Shown: positions 10,276 through 19,475 of the stretch, one piece after another
How the letters are laid out: every line of letters starts with the position of its first letter
Numbering within the stretch: position 1 is the stretch's first letter
DNA from: Candidatus Latescibacterota bacterium
Lineage (GTDB): Bacteria; Latescibacterota; UBA2968
Length of the DNA: 64,000 nucleotides
Assembly (NCBI GenBank): GCA_965204375.1
Contig: OZ241986.1
Location: 4,384,001 to 4,448,000, forward strand
Direction of reading: 5' to 3'
Program-made: the position numbers and the translations under genes
Notes under the pieces: model-generated
The model's database searches: none
Seen by the model: only the letters and a program-made list of their open reading frames with translations
What the model was told of the DNA's origin: nothing

Positions 10276-11262
10276 ATGACATCATTTCGAGCGCTGGTCG
10301 TACGCGAATCAGAGAGCCAGTTTTTAAGATCCGTAGAAAACCGACAAATAGATGAACTCCCCGAAGGCGAAGTATTGATACGGGTGCGCTATTCCTCGCT
10401 AAATTACAAAGACGCCCTATCTGCAACCGGGCACCGCGGCGTAACGCAGGCGTACCCGCACACACCGGGAATAGATGCAGCAGGAGAAATCGTCGAAAGC
10501 TCTGTCGCCGACTTTGAACCTGGCGACAGCGTATTGGTCACGGGCTACGATTTGGGAATGAATACGCCGGGCGGATTCGGACAATACATCAGAATACCCG
10601 CCCATTGGCTGGTCAGACTCCCCGAAGAATTGACCACAAAAGAAAGCATGGGATATGGAACAGCGGGATTTACAGCAGCACTATCAGTCCATCACATCAT
10701 CGAAACAGGTATAAAGCCAGACCAGGGCGACATCGCAGTAACCGGCGCAACCGGCGGCGTGGGCAGTCTCGCAGTGGCAATACTGGCCAAAAACGGCTTT
10801 CGAGTCGTAGCAGCCACGGGAAAAGCGTCAGAAACGGACTTCCTGAAAGAACTCGGCGCTTATGAAGTCATAGACCGACGCACATTGGACGACGACACTG
10901 GACGGCCCATCCTATCGGGCCGTTGGGCAGCGGCAATAGATACCGTTGGCGGAAACATCCTGTCAACACTCATCAAAACAACGCAATACCACGGCGTAAT
11001 AACCTGTTGTGGCCTGGTATCCTCCCCCGAACTGCACACCACAGTATATCCATTTATCCTCCGCGGTGTCAAACTAATCGGCATCGACTCCGTCTTATGC
11101 CCCATGGACCTCAGACTAAAAATCTGGCAACATCTCGCTACAGACTGGAAAATCAACACCCTGAACAACATAATCGCAGAATGCGACCTGGAAGACCTGA
11201 ATGCCCAAATAGATCGCATCCTATCTGGACAAATGCGCGGACGGATCGTGGTCAAACTGTAA
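10276..11262 (+). CDS. YhdH/YhfP-family quinone oxidoreductase (AcuI-like)
   Basis: SSLNYKDAL, PGIDAAG, GTAGFTAAL, TGATGGVGS and PFILRGV motifs; RBS AGGAGG. Confidence 0.9.
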   Translation: MTSFRALVVRESESQFLRSVENRQIDELPEGEVLIRVRYSSLNYKDALSATGHRGVTQAYPHTPGIDAAGEIVESSVADFEPGDSVLVTGYDLGMNTPGGFGQYIRIPAHWLVRLPEELTTKESMGYGTAGFTAALSVHHIIETGIKPDQGDIAVTGATGGVGSLAVAILAKNGFRVVAATGKASETDFLKELGAYEVIDRRTLDDDTGRPILSGRWAAAIDTVGGNILSTLIKTTQYHGVITCCGLVSSPELHTTVYPFILRGVKLIGIDSVLCPMDLRLKIWQHLATDWKINTLNNIIAECDLEDLNAQIDRILSGQMRGRIVVKL

Positions 11263-11264
11263 AA

Positions 11265-11430
11265 GCAAGTAAGAAGTTAGAAGTTAGAAGGCCCGCCCCA
11301 ACCACCCAAAGGCTGGTACTTCTCCCTTCACCCTTCACCCTTCACCCTTCACCCTTCTCCCTTCACACTTCTCCCTTCACACTTCACACTTCTCCCTTCA
11401 CACTTCACACTTCTCCCTTCACACTTCTAA
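11265..11430. repeat. Degenerate heptamer tandem repeats (AGAAGTT-type run, then CCCTTCA/CACTTCA/CACTTCT run)
   Basis: Visible 7-bp periodicity between convergent genes; it runs into the 3' end of 11405..12163. Confidence 0.85.
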
Positions 11431-12163
11431 CAATCCTCCGACTCCTCTTCAGTGCATCGAGAGGATCTGGAATATCCGACTTCAGTTCCAGACTCATATT
11501 CCCGGCATATTTGACCGAAAGAAGCGCGGCAAATGTAGATCGCAGCACCTCCCGCGTAAGCACCCCATCGCACAGACCCAGGTGCAGATCCTCCTCCCCA
11601 TCATTATCATCGAGATGAACATAACCCAGCCGGTCTCCTGCCAGCGCGATCATATCCGCGGGATCTTCATTCGCCATCTGTGCGTGACCGATATCAAAAA
11701 GCAGATACAGATTGGGGTGACCAATCTCCTCGAGATAAGTGAGCGTAAACGGCACCGTCGGCAAAAACGTACCCGGAAAGTGTTCAACAGCGAGCTTGAC
11801 ACCCGCATCCTGCGCCTGATCAGCCAGCACACTCAAAGACTCGGCAAACAGATCGGCATCATCGCCCTGGGGCACCAGGTACGCCGTCGTTGCACCGAGC
11901 CGAGCACCGTGTTCAAACGCCCGATTTATATGATCGCGTGCGGATTGTGGATTATCTCCTGTCAGAGACATCCCCTCGGGCATATCGGCAGAAGCGGCAA
12001 TACACGAAACAGCGAGACCGAGATCCTTCGCCCGTTGTTGAAGATCGGCAGTCTGAAGCCAACCCGGACGAATATCAATATGGGTAAACCCCGCATCGGC
12101 AACCTGTTCTAAAGCGAGTTCCTCGGCACAGGTCAGTGCCCATATACATGCAGCGAGAGACAT
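11405..12163 (-). CDS. Sugar phosphate isomerase/epimerase (xylose-isomerase-like TIM barrel)
   Basis: LAVEH, FDIGH, VHLDDNDG..DLHL..G and SLEL metal-binding motifs. Confidence 0.85.
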   Translation of the reverse strand: MSLAACIWALTCAEELALEQVADAGFTHIDIRPGWLQTADLQQRAKDLGLAVSCIAASADMPEGMSLTGDNPQSARDHINRAFEHGARLGATTAYLVPQGDDADLFAESLSVLADQAQDAGVKLAVEHFPGTFLPTVPFTLTYLEEIGHPNLYLLFDIGHAQMANEDPADMIALAGDRLGYVHLDDNDGEEDLHLGLCDGVLTREVLRSTFAALLSVKYAGNMSLELKSDIPDPLDALKRSRRIVRSVKGEV

Positions 12164-12189
12164 GGTGGCTCCTTTGAAAAATAAAACCG

Positions 12190-12217
12190 AACCCCAGGCG
12201 ATTTTTCGTCTGGGGTT
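12190..12217 (-). terminator. Intrinsic terminator-like hairpin
   Basis: AACCCCAGGCGA-tttt-TCGTCTGGGGTT, with a T-rich tail on the minus strand. Confidence 0.6.
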
Positions 12218-12253
12218 TAGTGTGAAATAAATGGGAGAAGAGGATAGAGCCGG

Positions 12254-12634
12254 TTAGTTATCAGCGGGTTCGACCACAGAGGCACCCTTTGGTTTGCGGT
12301 GCATTCGTGCGTAGGTCTCCGCCAGAAGATCGCGCAATTCCTCGGCAATCTCTGGATGAGGATTACCGGCGAGAGCTTTGCAGGCCAGTTGCTCGGCTAA
12401 ACGGAACTGGTTGCTATTAAACGCCATCCACCCGGCACTGCGGTGCAGCACGGACCACGTTGGCTCGGCGTGGTCGCCGCGCTCATCCAATTCCCTAATG
12501 GCAGCAAGCTCCAATTCCAACGCTTCGGCATAAAGCTGGATAGCCTTTTCCTTGTGACCGCGTGTTCGTTCCAGAATAGCTGTTTCCACGAGGTCCATGG
12601 CCTGGTTGTGAGGGTTGGTCGTAGTGGCACTCAT
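12254..12634 (-). CDS. Hypothetical alpha-helical (TPR-like) protein
   Basis: 126-aa ORF starting 12 bp after the Rpn-like gene; EPTWSVLHRSA..A motif. Confidence 0.65.
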   Translation of the reverse strand: MSATTTNPHNQAMDLVETAILERTRGHKEKAIQLYAEALELELAAIRELDERGDHAEPTWSVLHRSAGWMAFNSNQFRLAEQLACKALAGNPHPEIAEELRDLLAETYARMHRKPKGASVVEPADN

Positions 12635-12646
12635 TGGAAAATCAGA

Positions 12647-13540
12647 TCACGCATCTAACACGCGCTCAAATGCCTCAAGGCTGGACGCTTGAATCGCCGC
12701 ACGGTGCAACTGCTTCAGACGTTGCAAATCTTCAATAGCGGCAATGCGCGTGGATAGAGGGTGCGCTTCGCTCAGGTCAAATCGAATCTCCAACACTTCG
12801 AGAATATCTTCGAGCGTGCTTTTTCTTTCGCCTTGCTCAATACCCTGCTCAATACCCAATTGCTTAATGTATTGTGCAAACGATGACTCGCGCATAATGG
12901 CGTCCATAAGACCCTCCTGTAATAGAATACGATTGATCAGGCTCGGATCATACTCTAACCCACTCAATATCATCAACCTGCCCAAAAAGTCAACCTTTAT
13001 TGATTCATCCACCCGCAGAGCATTCGTCGCGTCAACACAGTGATGTAACCACGCTTCTGAATCTATTCCAACAGGACGTTTCATCAACGATGCAAATGGA
13101 AACAAGCCCGAAGGTCCGTCATCAAGAATATCCTGTCCCTCTATCTCACTGAGCCGAATCACTGTGTATTTGATCACAACAAGATGGCCGGATATTTCCT
13201 GAACAAAGTGCCCCGGATCGCGCCGACCCGCACTGCGCCGCAAATAGATCACGCTGGAATAAATCGGCAGGCCATGCTGCTCAATCGCACGTATAATGTA
13301 GCCCGCCATGCGGATCGGCATAGATGGATCGTCAGTCGTTTGAAACTCGTGATGGATCAATGTCTCCTTGCCCGCAATGTGGACGCGGATGAGGCTGTCA
13401 GTGTGTCGTGTTTCAACTGTCTTTTGCTCTGTGTCGAGTATGTCGAGGACTTCTACATCGTCCTGTTCAAGTGTGAGTCGGATGAAGTCTTTGGGATAGG
13501 TCTGGATGAGATGTTTGGAGATGGTGTCATATTCGGCCAT
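12647..13540 (-). CDS. Rpn-family recombination-promoting nuclease / PD-(D/E)xK putative transposase
   Basis: YDTISKHL..P..F, DSL...H.EFQT...MPIRM..Y and C-terminal GIEQGIEQG motifs. Confidence 0.8.
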   Translation of the reverse strand: MAEYDTISKHLIQTYPKDFIRLTLEQDDVEVLDILDTEQKTVETRHTDSLIRVHIAGKETLIHHEFQTTDDPSMPIRMAGYIIRAIEQHGLPIYSSVIYLRRSAGRRDPGHFVQEISGHLVVIKYTVIRLSEIEGQDILDDGPSGLFPFASLMKRPVGIDSEAWLHHCVDATNALRVDESIKVDFLGRLMILSGLEYDPSLINRILLQEGLMDAIMRESSFAQYIKQLGIEQGIEQGERKSTLEDILEVLEIRFDLSEAHPLSTRIAAIEDLQRLKQLHRAAIQASSLEAFERVLDA

Positions 13541-13827
13541 GTGGAATGCCCTGAGTCTGATGGGTGAATTCTATTTTAAAACACACGCAACAGTCAGACC
13601 CGAAGCAAATATCAAGCCAACGTCACAGAGATTGAGCGATAAATTGTATAGACAGAAGCTCAAGTACCCTCATCATGCTTTTAATATGCTGTATTGCGCT
13701 CTTAACTTGAATATAAAGATCGCCTTGGGAAGCACATACAAACCGAACACGCCGGGATGTAAAAGTGTACGTTTTGAGCCATGAATGGGCGGTCATGTGA
13801 AAGATATGTACCGCTACCTCTCGCGCC

Positions 13828-14526
13828 TCACAACCCCTGATTCTTTTCTCTCAACGACCATGATCTATCCGGATTGTGATACAACCACTGCTCCATATTT
13901 TCTTTAATCCGGGACCATTCCGTATCCAGCATGGAAAACCACGTCGTATCCCGGTTGCGGTCCTTAACAATCAGATGCTGGCGAAAAAGCCCTTCATACG
14001 TGAACCCCAGGCGGAGCGCAGCAGACCGCGAGCGTTCATTGAGCGCATCGCATTTCCACTCCACACGGCGATAACGCATACAATCAAAAGCCTCGCAAAG
14101 CATGAGATACGCCGCCTCGGTATTCGCACACGTATTTTGTGCCTCGGGACCATACCAGATATTTCCAAGCTCCAACCGACGCGCATCGGGTGCAATATTC
14201 AAAAAACTCACCATACCAATAGGCCGACCAGATAATTTATCCCGAACACAAAAAAAGAGCGGATCCTCCGAACGCTCAATCCCCTCAAGCCACGCCTGCA
14301 TGTCCGACACATCTTCAAAAGGCCCATACGCCATATACGTCCACAACTGCTCCACGAGTTCCGTCCCATGCGAACATGCAAACAATCCGGGTGCATCCTT
14401 TTCCGGATCGAGCGGCGACAGCGCAATATACTCACCTTCATAATCCACTCGTCGCGGGACACGCACTTCAGACACAGACGGAACAAAATCGCCAACGGGA
14501 AGAGACAGCATCGAGTTTATCTCCAT
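13828..14526 (-). CDS. GNAT-family acetyltransferase (RimJ/RimL type)
   Basis: ELGNIWY and YRRVEWKCDALNERSRSAALRLGFTYEG.FRQH..VKDRNRDT.WFS motifs. Confidence 0.9.
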   Translation of the reverse strand: MEINSMLSLPVGDFVPSVSEVRVPRRVDYEGEYIALSPLDPEKDAPGLFACSHGTELVEQLWTYMAYGPFEDVSDMQAWLEGIERSEDPLFFCVRDKLSGRPIGMVSFLNIAPDARRLELGNIWYGPEAQNTCANTEAAYLMLCEAFDCMRYRRVEWKCDALNERSRSAALRLGFTYEGLFRQHLIVKDRNRDTTWFSMLDTEWSRIKENMEQWLYHNPDRSWSLREKNQGL

Positions 14527-14812
14527 AAGCTATAGTTAGTGTAATATTCTGAATATATTCGGCATATTCTTTGACAAAACCAAAAAAATTAAGGTTTCCC
14601 CAAAATGGGGATTATGTAGTTGAGTAGCATGATCGCTCCTCCTTTCAGTTTCAATTTAGAAAATATGAATATTCATTGACATTGTAAAAGGGATTCGATA
14701 GATTATCAGCATCTGTCAAATTACTGATATTTTTGTCTTACATTACGAATATACGTTTTAGCCCTGACGGACAAACTCACGGAAGCCCTGACGGCATCCA
14801 AAGGAGAGTTCC

Positions 14813-15268
14813 ATGGATATACAGAGACTCATTAAAGAAGAGTACAAGGAGCATGAACCTTTCTATTGCAAGGAACACGCTTTGGCAATATCGAAAAGGA
14901 ACGTACTCGAAAGAATTGTGCGCGAGCGTTCTGGAGAGCCTGAGGTAGTCCCCTCGATCTGGGATAACAAGCGGGCACCTACTCCGATTGTGGTGCCAGG
15001 GGGATCTGGTGGCGAAGCCATAGGTGTTGCTTTAGTCGCTTTGCTCATCGGCGGCGGCTATGCGCTATACAAATGGCTATCCAGTGACGATGCCCAAACG
15101 TCGTCCAATGACACTTCTGGCAACTCTGGTGCCCCTTCTGTGAATGAGCAACTCAACCGCATCGAGGAAAGGCTCGACGGACTCGACGCGAAACACGCCG
15201 ACATTGAAAGGGCGCAAGATAGAGCGAAAGCCATCCTGGACCGCCTTAAAGTTCCCGAAGCGGCTTAA
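14813..15268 (+). CDS. Hypothetical single-TM/coiled-coil passenger protein
   Basis: RBS AAGGAGA; hydrophobic AIGVALVALLIGGGYALY segment; C-terminal coiled-coil pattern. Confidence 0.65.
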   Translation: MDIQRLIKEEYKEHEPFYCKEHALAISKRNVLERIVRERSGEPEVVPSIWDNKRAPTPIVVPGGSGGEAIGVALVALLIGGGYALYKWLSSDDAQTSSNDTSGNSGAPSVNEQLNRIEERLDGLDAKHADIERAQDRAKAILDRLKVPEAA

Positions 15269-15509
15269 CCATATTACATGAAAAAAGCCCTGGCGGTATC
15301 GAGTCAAACTGCTGATAGCATTAGAGCATTCAAGTTTGTCCGTCAGGGCCATGAGAGCTAATTTCCTGTCATAATTTTATGCCAGAAAAAGGGAGATTTC
15401 GCAACTAAAATACTGCCCACTTGGGCAGTAAAAACACTTGCATTTCAGAGGTTACGATGTTATCTTTATATCAAATCGTAACCCCTTATTTTTTGGGTAG
15501 ATATAAAAA

Positions 15510-15543
15510 GGGCGAGACCTATGTTCGCGCATAGGTCTCGCCC
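15510..15543. terminator. 14-bp perfect hairpin upstream of the transposase (minus-strand terminator-like)
   Basis: GGGCGAGACCTATG-ttcgcg-CATAGGTCTCGCCC preceded by an A-run. Confidence 0.6.
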
Positions 15544-15641
15544 GACTGCCCTCCATCAAGCTAAACAAAGTGACATTGCCTTAGCTTGAACAAAAAATAA
15601 CGGGTAGCCACACAAATTGCAAGAGAAAAGTGAGGTGTGCT

Positions 15642-16607
15642 ATGGCTACCAATGCCCCTGGCATGCATTTCCGTGAGGGCATGTCTCTGATTCAGTTGTT
15701 CCAGATGTTTCCTGATGATGAGGCTGCCGAGAAGTGGTTTGTTCACACGCGCTGGCCGGATGGGATGGCCTGTCCGCACTGTGGGAGTACGAATGTCAAC
15801 GAAAAGGCCACACACCCTACGATGTCCTTCAGATGCCGAGAATGTGTCAAATACTTCTCGCCAAAGACGGGCACCATCATGGCACGATCTAAGCTCGGAT
15901 ACCAGATATGGCTTATTGCCATCTATCTCTACACCACACACCTTAAAGGCGTGTCCTCTATGAAGCTACACAGAGACCTCGACATCACACAGAGAACCGC
16001 CTGGTTCTTACTCCATCGCATCAGGCACGCCATGTCTGAGGAGGAACAGACCCTCTTTGAGGGCACAGTAGAAGTCGATGAGACGTATATCGGTGGGAAG
16101 GAAGGGAACAAACACGCCAAAGACAAACTGCGTACTGGCAGAGGCACAGCAGGCAAAGTCCCTGTGGCCGGTGTCAAGAACAGAGACACAAAGCAAGTGC
16201 AGGCAATCGTGATCGACGAGGCCGATGAGGACACGTTGAAAGTGTTTATTGAGGATACTGTGGCGCGTGGGGCCACTGTCTATACGGACGGCTCACACGT
16301 CTATAACAGTCTGGAGGGGTATGAACACGAAAAGGTGATTCACTCGCGGGGCGAATACGTCCGGGGGGATGTGTGGACAAACGGCATCGAATCATTCTGG
16401 TCAGGGATCAAACGCGGCATTATGGGCGTGTACCACAAGATCAGCCCAAAGCACCTGTGGCGATATGTCACAGAGTTTGTGGCACGCCAGAACATGCGGA
16501 TGCGAGACACCATCGACCAGATGACGCTCATTGTGCGGAGGTTCGAGGGAAAACGGCTAAGGTATGCAGACTTGACGGCACTGTATCCATCGCTGGAATT
16601 ACGTTGA
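15642..16607 (+). CDS. IS1595-family transposase
   Basis: Zn ribbon CPHCGS..CREC; VEVDETYIGG, VYTDG and TNGIESFWS.IKR motifs; RBS GAGGTG. Confidence 0.95.
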   Translation: MATNAPGMHFREGMSLIQLFQMFPDDEAAEKWFVHTRWPDGMACPHCGSTNVNEKATHPTMSFRCRECVKYFSPKTGTIMARSKLGYQIWLIAIYLYTTHLKGVSSMKLHRDLDITQRTAWFLLHRIRHAMSEEEQTLFEGTVEVDETYIGGKEGNKHAKDKLRTGRGTAGKVPVAGVKNRDTKQVQAIVIDEADEDTLKVFIEDTVARGATVYTDGSHVYNSLEGYEHEKVIHSRGEYVRGDVWTNGIESFWSGIKRGIMGVYHKISPKHLWRYVTEFVARQNMRMRDTIDQMTLIVRRFEGKRLRYADLTALYPSLELR

Positions 16608-16632
16608 CAGGCACGGCGATATGATGTATAAC
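16604..16632 (+). promoter_or_regulatory. Sigma-70-like promoter for the downstream passenger ORFs
   Basis: TTGACA-N17-TATAAC overlapping the transposase stop codon. Confidence 0.6.
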
Positions 16633-16773
16633 TAAACTGTGCAGAACGCACAAATGGAAATGACTCACCCCGTAGAAGGTGAGCCATTCCAAACACTAAA
16701 ATTCATCGCCGACAGATGATGCCTAAACTTACATCACTTGGGGGCATCTGTCAAGGCGGAAAGGAAGCATGCT

Positions 16774-16947
16774 ATGCCCTTCAATAAAGAAGAAGCCTTG
16801 CAGGAGATGGAGGCAGAGCGGGTAGCATTAGAGGTCTATCTGCGCCGGAACGGAGAGACGCCACAATCCATCCAACGGCGCATACCGAAGGCGCCACCAC
16901 CCATAGAATCAAAGCCGATCATGCCGACAGTGCCACCACCCATTTGA
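16774..16947 (+). CDS. Small Pro-rich hypothetical passenger protein
   Basis: AAAGGAAG upstream; 57 aa; followed directly by the RBS of the next ORF. Confidence 0.45.
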   Translation: MPFNKEEALQEMEAERVALEVYLRRNGETPQSIQRRIPKAPPPIESKPIMPTVPPPI

Positions 16948-16960
16948 ACGGAGGGTAGTC

Positions 16961-17170
16961 ATGAATCAGCCAGTACTTATTGAACCTGAGAGTGTAGTAG
17001 TGGACCGTAGCCCTATGCCAATTCCTCGTCCGGTGACACTTGCTATTCATTATCGCACCTCAGATGGTGCATTGTCTGTCATAGTGTTCGGATTGACCGT
17101 ACCACAGGCAGATAAATTGGAGTCGGATTTACGTCTAAAGAGGGGAGAAGCCTCAACATCAGGAATATGA
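16961..17170 (+). CDS. Small hypothetical passenger protein
   Basis: RBS GGAGGG; 69 aa. Confidence 0.5.
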   Translation: MNQPVLIEPESVVVDRSPMPIPRPVTLAIHYRTSDGALSVIVFGLTVPQADKLESDLRLKRGEASTSGI

Positions 17171-17277
17171 AGCATAAACATACATCCATCTGGTATCTCT
17201 AACGACGCCTGAAACTTCGCCATTTCTTCCCAGTTTATTTCGTAATCGCTGGCTTTTTGCTGTTCTGAAGTAGCCAT
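17050..17277 (-). CDS. Small hypothetical passenger protein (convergent overlap with the previous ORF)
   Basis: Strong RBS AGGAGGTG before ATG 17277. Confidence 0.35.
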   Translation of the reverse strand: MATSEQQKASDYEINWEEMAKFQASLEIPDGCMFMLHIPDVEASPLFRRKSDSNLSACGTVNPNTMTDNAPSEVR

Positions 17278-17323
17278 CTCTCTCACCTCCTTCTGAGATT
17301 AAAATATCAGGTTGGAAAATCAC

Positions 17324-17941
17324 ATGCAAATATACACCCCAGGTGGATTGACAATCAAGTTACATGCAGACCGGGTTGAGCGTGTATTAAAACCTGTCCG
17401 TCATCTCATAAACATCGAAGATGCTTTCGTTGATATTCAATTATGGGCAAACTTCCCCGGTAATATGTTGTCAATTTTAGCTATTATTACTGCTCTAACC
17501 ACACAGTCATGGACTTCGGTATTGATTGTGGGTGTTCTTGGCTTTGTTTTGGTCGATCTCTACCAACAATTTTTTTACTCACGTTTTCTCAAGGTGTTAT
17601 TTCCTTTTGTATTAGGGGCGTTCTACGTCACACTGCCAGCCTCATTGATCACCATTTATATTTTATATCAAGAAGGTGCTATTATAGCTGGAATCACTCA
17701 GTTTGTTATGGTTCTTATGGACATTACAGGCATTGCCGATTTGATTTTATTTTTTTCTACGCCTATTAGGTTTTCTGTCCGATGCCTCTTTGGCAAAAGA
17801 GCAAAGGAAGGTGCGATTGAAGAGGCCTTTATTAAAATCTTGAATCACAAAGCAAGACAAGTTGGCGTAATTCTCGATTGGCAAAGCTACAATCGCCGAG
17901 AAACTGATACCTCTTTCTTTTTTGGGGATCATGTGAGATAA
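17324..17941 (+). CDS. Hypothetical membrane passenger protein
   Basis: 205 aa with several hydrophobic segments; ends just inside the right TIR. Confidence 0.6.
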   Translation: MQIYTPGGLTIKLHADRVERVLKPVRHLINIEDAFVDIQLWANFPGNMLSILAIITALTTQSWTSVLIVGVLGFVLVDLYQQFFYSRFLKVLFPFVLGAFYVTLPASLITIYILYQEGAIIAGITQFVMVLMDITGIADLILFFSTPIRFSVRCLFGKRAKEGAIEEAFIKILNHKARQVGVILDWQSYNRRETDTSFFFGDHVR

Positions 17942-18046
17942 TGCTGCCAGCACACGCATCACTTGCCTCCTTTCGCTCTGCTACTCAGCTACATAATCCC
18001 CCCCAAAATACCCCATTCGCGAACCCAAAACATCGTCCTCTGGAAC

Positions 18047-18076
18047 AAAAAAGCCCGTCCTTTTGGACAGGCTTTT
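18047..18076 (-). terminator. Terminator downstream of purA
   Basis: AAAAAAGCCCGTCC-tttt-GGACAGGCTTTT hairpin. Confidence 0.7.
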
Positions 18077-18104
18077 CTCATCTCCACATTTTGATCCACA
18101 TCAT

Positions 18105-19382
18105 CTACATCTCAATAATATCCTCTCGCCTTGGTCCCACGGAAATCCACTTCACCGGAACCTCGAGCCACTCTTCGATATGCTCGACATAACGCTGTGC
18201 ATTAGCTGGTAAATCCGAAAACTCGCGCACCGAAGAAATATCTGTTCTCCACCCCGGCAACTTCTCCAGAACAGGTGTCGCCCGGTCGAGCAACGACGGA
18301 ACCGGAAAAATCTCCGTCTTCTCCCCATCGATCTCATAAGCTGTACAAACGGGAATCTCATCCAAATAACCCAACACATCGAGCAGCGACAACGCAACCG
18401 CCGTCGCCCCTTGCATGCGACACCCATAGCGCGTAGCAACCGCATCGAACCAGCCCATCCTGCGGGGCCGACCCGTCGTCGCACCGTACTCCCCTGCATC
18501 GCCGCCCCGCTCGCGAAGCTCCTCCGCCTCCTCGCCAAAAATCTCAGAAATAAAAGGACCTGCCCCCACGCAAGAAGAATACGCCTTCGCAACAGCGACA
18601 ACCTGCGTAATCGAATGAGGCGGAATACCCGCCCCAATCGACGCAAACCCCGCCAAAGTAGAAGAAGACGTCGGATAGGGATAAATACCGTGATCCGGAT
18701 CGCGCAAAGCACCCAACTGTCCCTCCACCAGAATCTTCTTATTCTCCTTCAACGCATTGTGAAGCAGCAACGACGTATCGCAAACATAAGGCTCAATCTG
18801 CTCTCCCGCCGCCATCAAATCGGGCACAACCTCCTCCAGAGACATCAGCGGCTTGTGATACAAATGCTCAAAAAGCACATTCTTCACCTCCAGCGCGCGC
18901 GCGACGCGATCCCGCAAGCGGCCCTCATCGTACAAATCGGCAACCTGAACCCCCACCTTCAAATACTTATCCGAATAAAACGGCGCAATACCAGACTTGG
19001 TCGAACCGTATTTTCGATCCCCCAACCGCTCCTCCTCGTACACATCCATAAGCAGATGATAGGGAAGCAACACCTGCGCGCGCTCAGAAATACACAGATT
19101 TGGCTTCGGCACGCCGCGGGCAATCAGCTCATCCACCTCCTCTATAAAAGCCGGAATATTCAACGCGATCCCCGTGCCGAGAATATTCGTCGTATGCGGA
19201 TAAAACACGCCCGAAGGCAAAAGGTGAAGGGCAAATTTCCCATACTCATTAATAATCGTATGCCCGGCATTATTGCCACCCTGAAACCGAATAACAAAAT
19301 CGGAATCCCGAGCCAGAACATCCGTCATCTTGCCCTTGCCTTCATCACCCCAATTTGCACCTACAATAGCTGAAACAGACAT
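18105..19382 (-). CDS. purA: Adenylosuccinate synthetase
   Basis: GANWGDEGKGK, RFQGGNNAGHT and EYGATTGRPRR motifs. Confidence 0.97.
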   Translation of the reverse strand: MSVSAIVGANWGDEGKGKMTDVLARDSDFVIRFQGGNNAGHTIINEYGKFALHLLPSGVFYPHTTNILGTGIALNIPAFIEEVDELIARGVPKPNLCISERAQVLLPYHLLMDVYEEERLGDRKYGSTKSGIAPFYSDKYLKVGVQVADLYDEGRLRDRVARALEVKNVLFEHLYHKPLMSLEEVVPDLMAAGEQIEPYVCDTSLLLHNALKENKKILVEGQLGALRDPDHGIYPYPTSSSTLAGFASIGAGIPPHSITQVVAVAKAYSSCVGAGPFISEIFGEEAEELRERGGDAGEYGATTGRPRRMGWFDAVATRYGCRMQGATAVALSLLDVLGYLDEIPVCTAYEIDGEKTEIFPVPSLLDRATPVLEKLPGWRTDISSVREFSDLPANAQRYVEHIEEWLEVPVKWISVGPRREDIIEM

Positions 19383-19421
19383 TTTGCTCCCTTTTTTATG
19401 TAAGCCATCAGCCGCGATGAC

Positions 19422-19445
19422 GGGCGAAAAATTTTTCGCCCCTAC
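19422..19445 (-). repeat. REP-like palindrome
   Basis: Minus strand reads GTAG-GGGCGAAAA-AT-TTTTCGCCC (GTAG tetranucleotide followed by a hairpin). Confidence 0.6.
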
Positions 19446-19475
19446 ACATCTGCGTTCATCTGCGGATCACACTTC

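Larger units (their letters stand above)
14607..18001 (+). mobile_element. IS1595-family transporter IS with passenger genes
   Basis: 23-bp TIRs GGGGATTATGTAG(T/C)TGAGTAGCA at 14607-14629 and 17979-18001 (1 mismatch); 8-bp TSD CCCAAAAT at 14599-14606 and 18002-18009; internal DDE transposase. Confidence 0.92.

Noticed and set aside
18411-19373. 320-aa plus-strand ORF
   Set aside because: Antisense shadow of purA; Arg-rich with no motifs.
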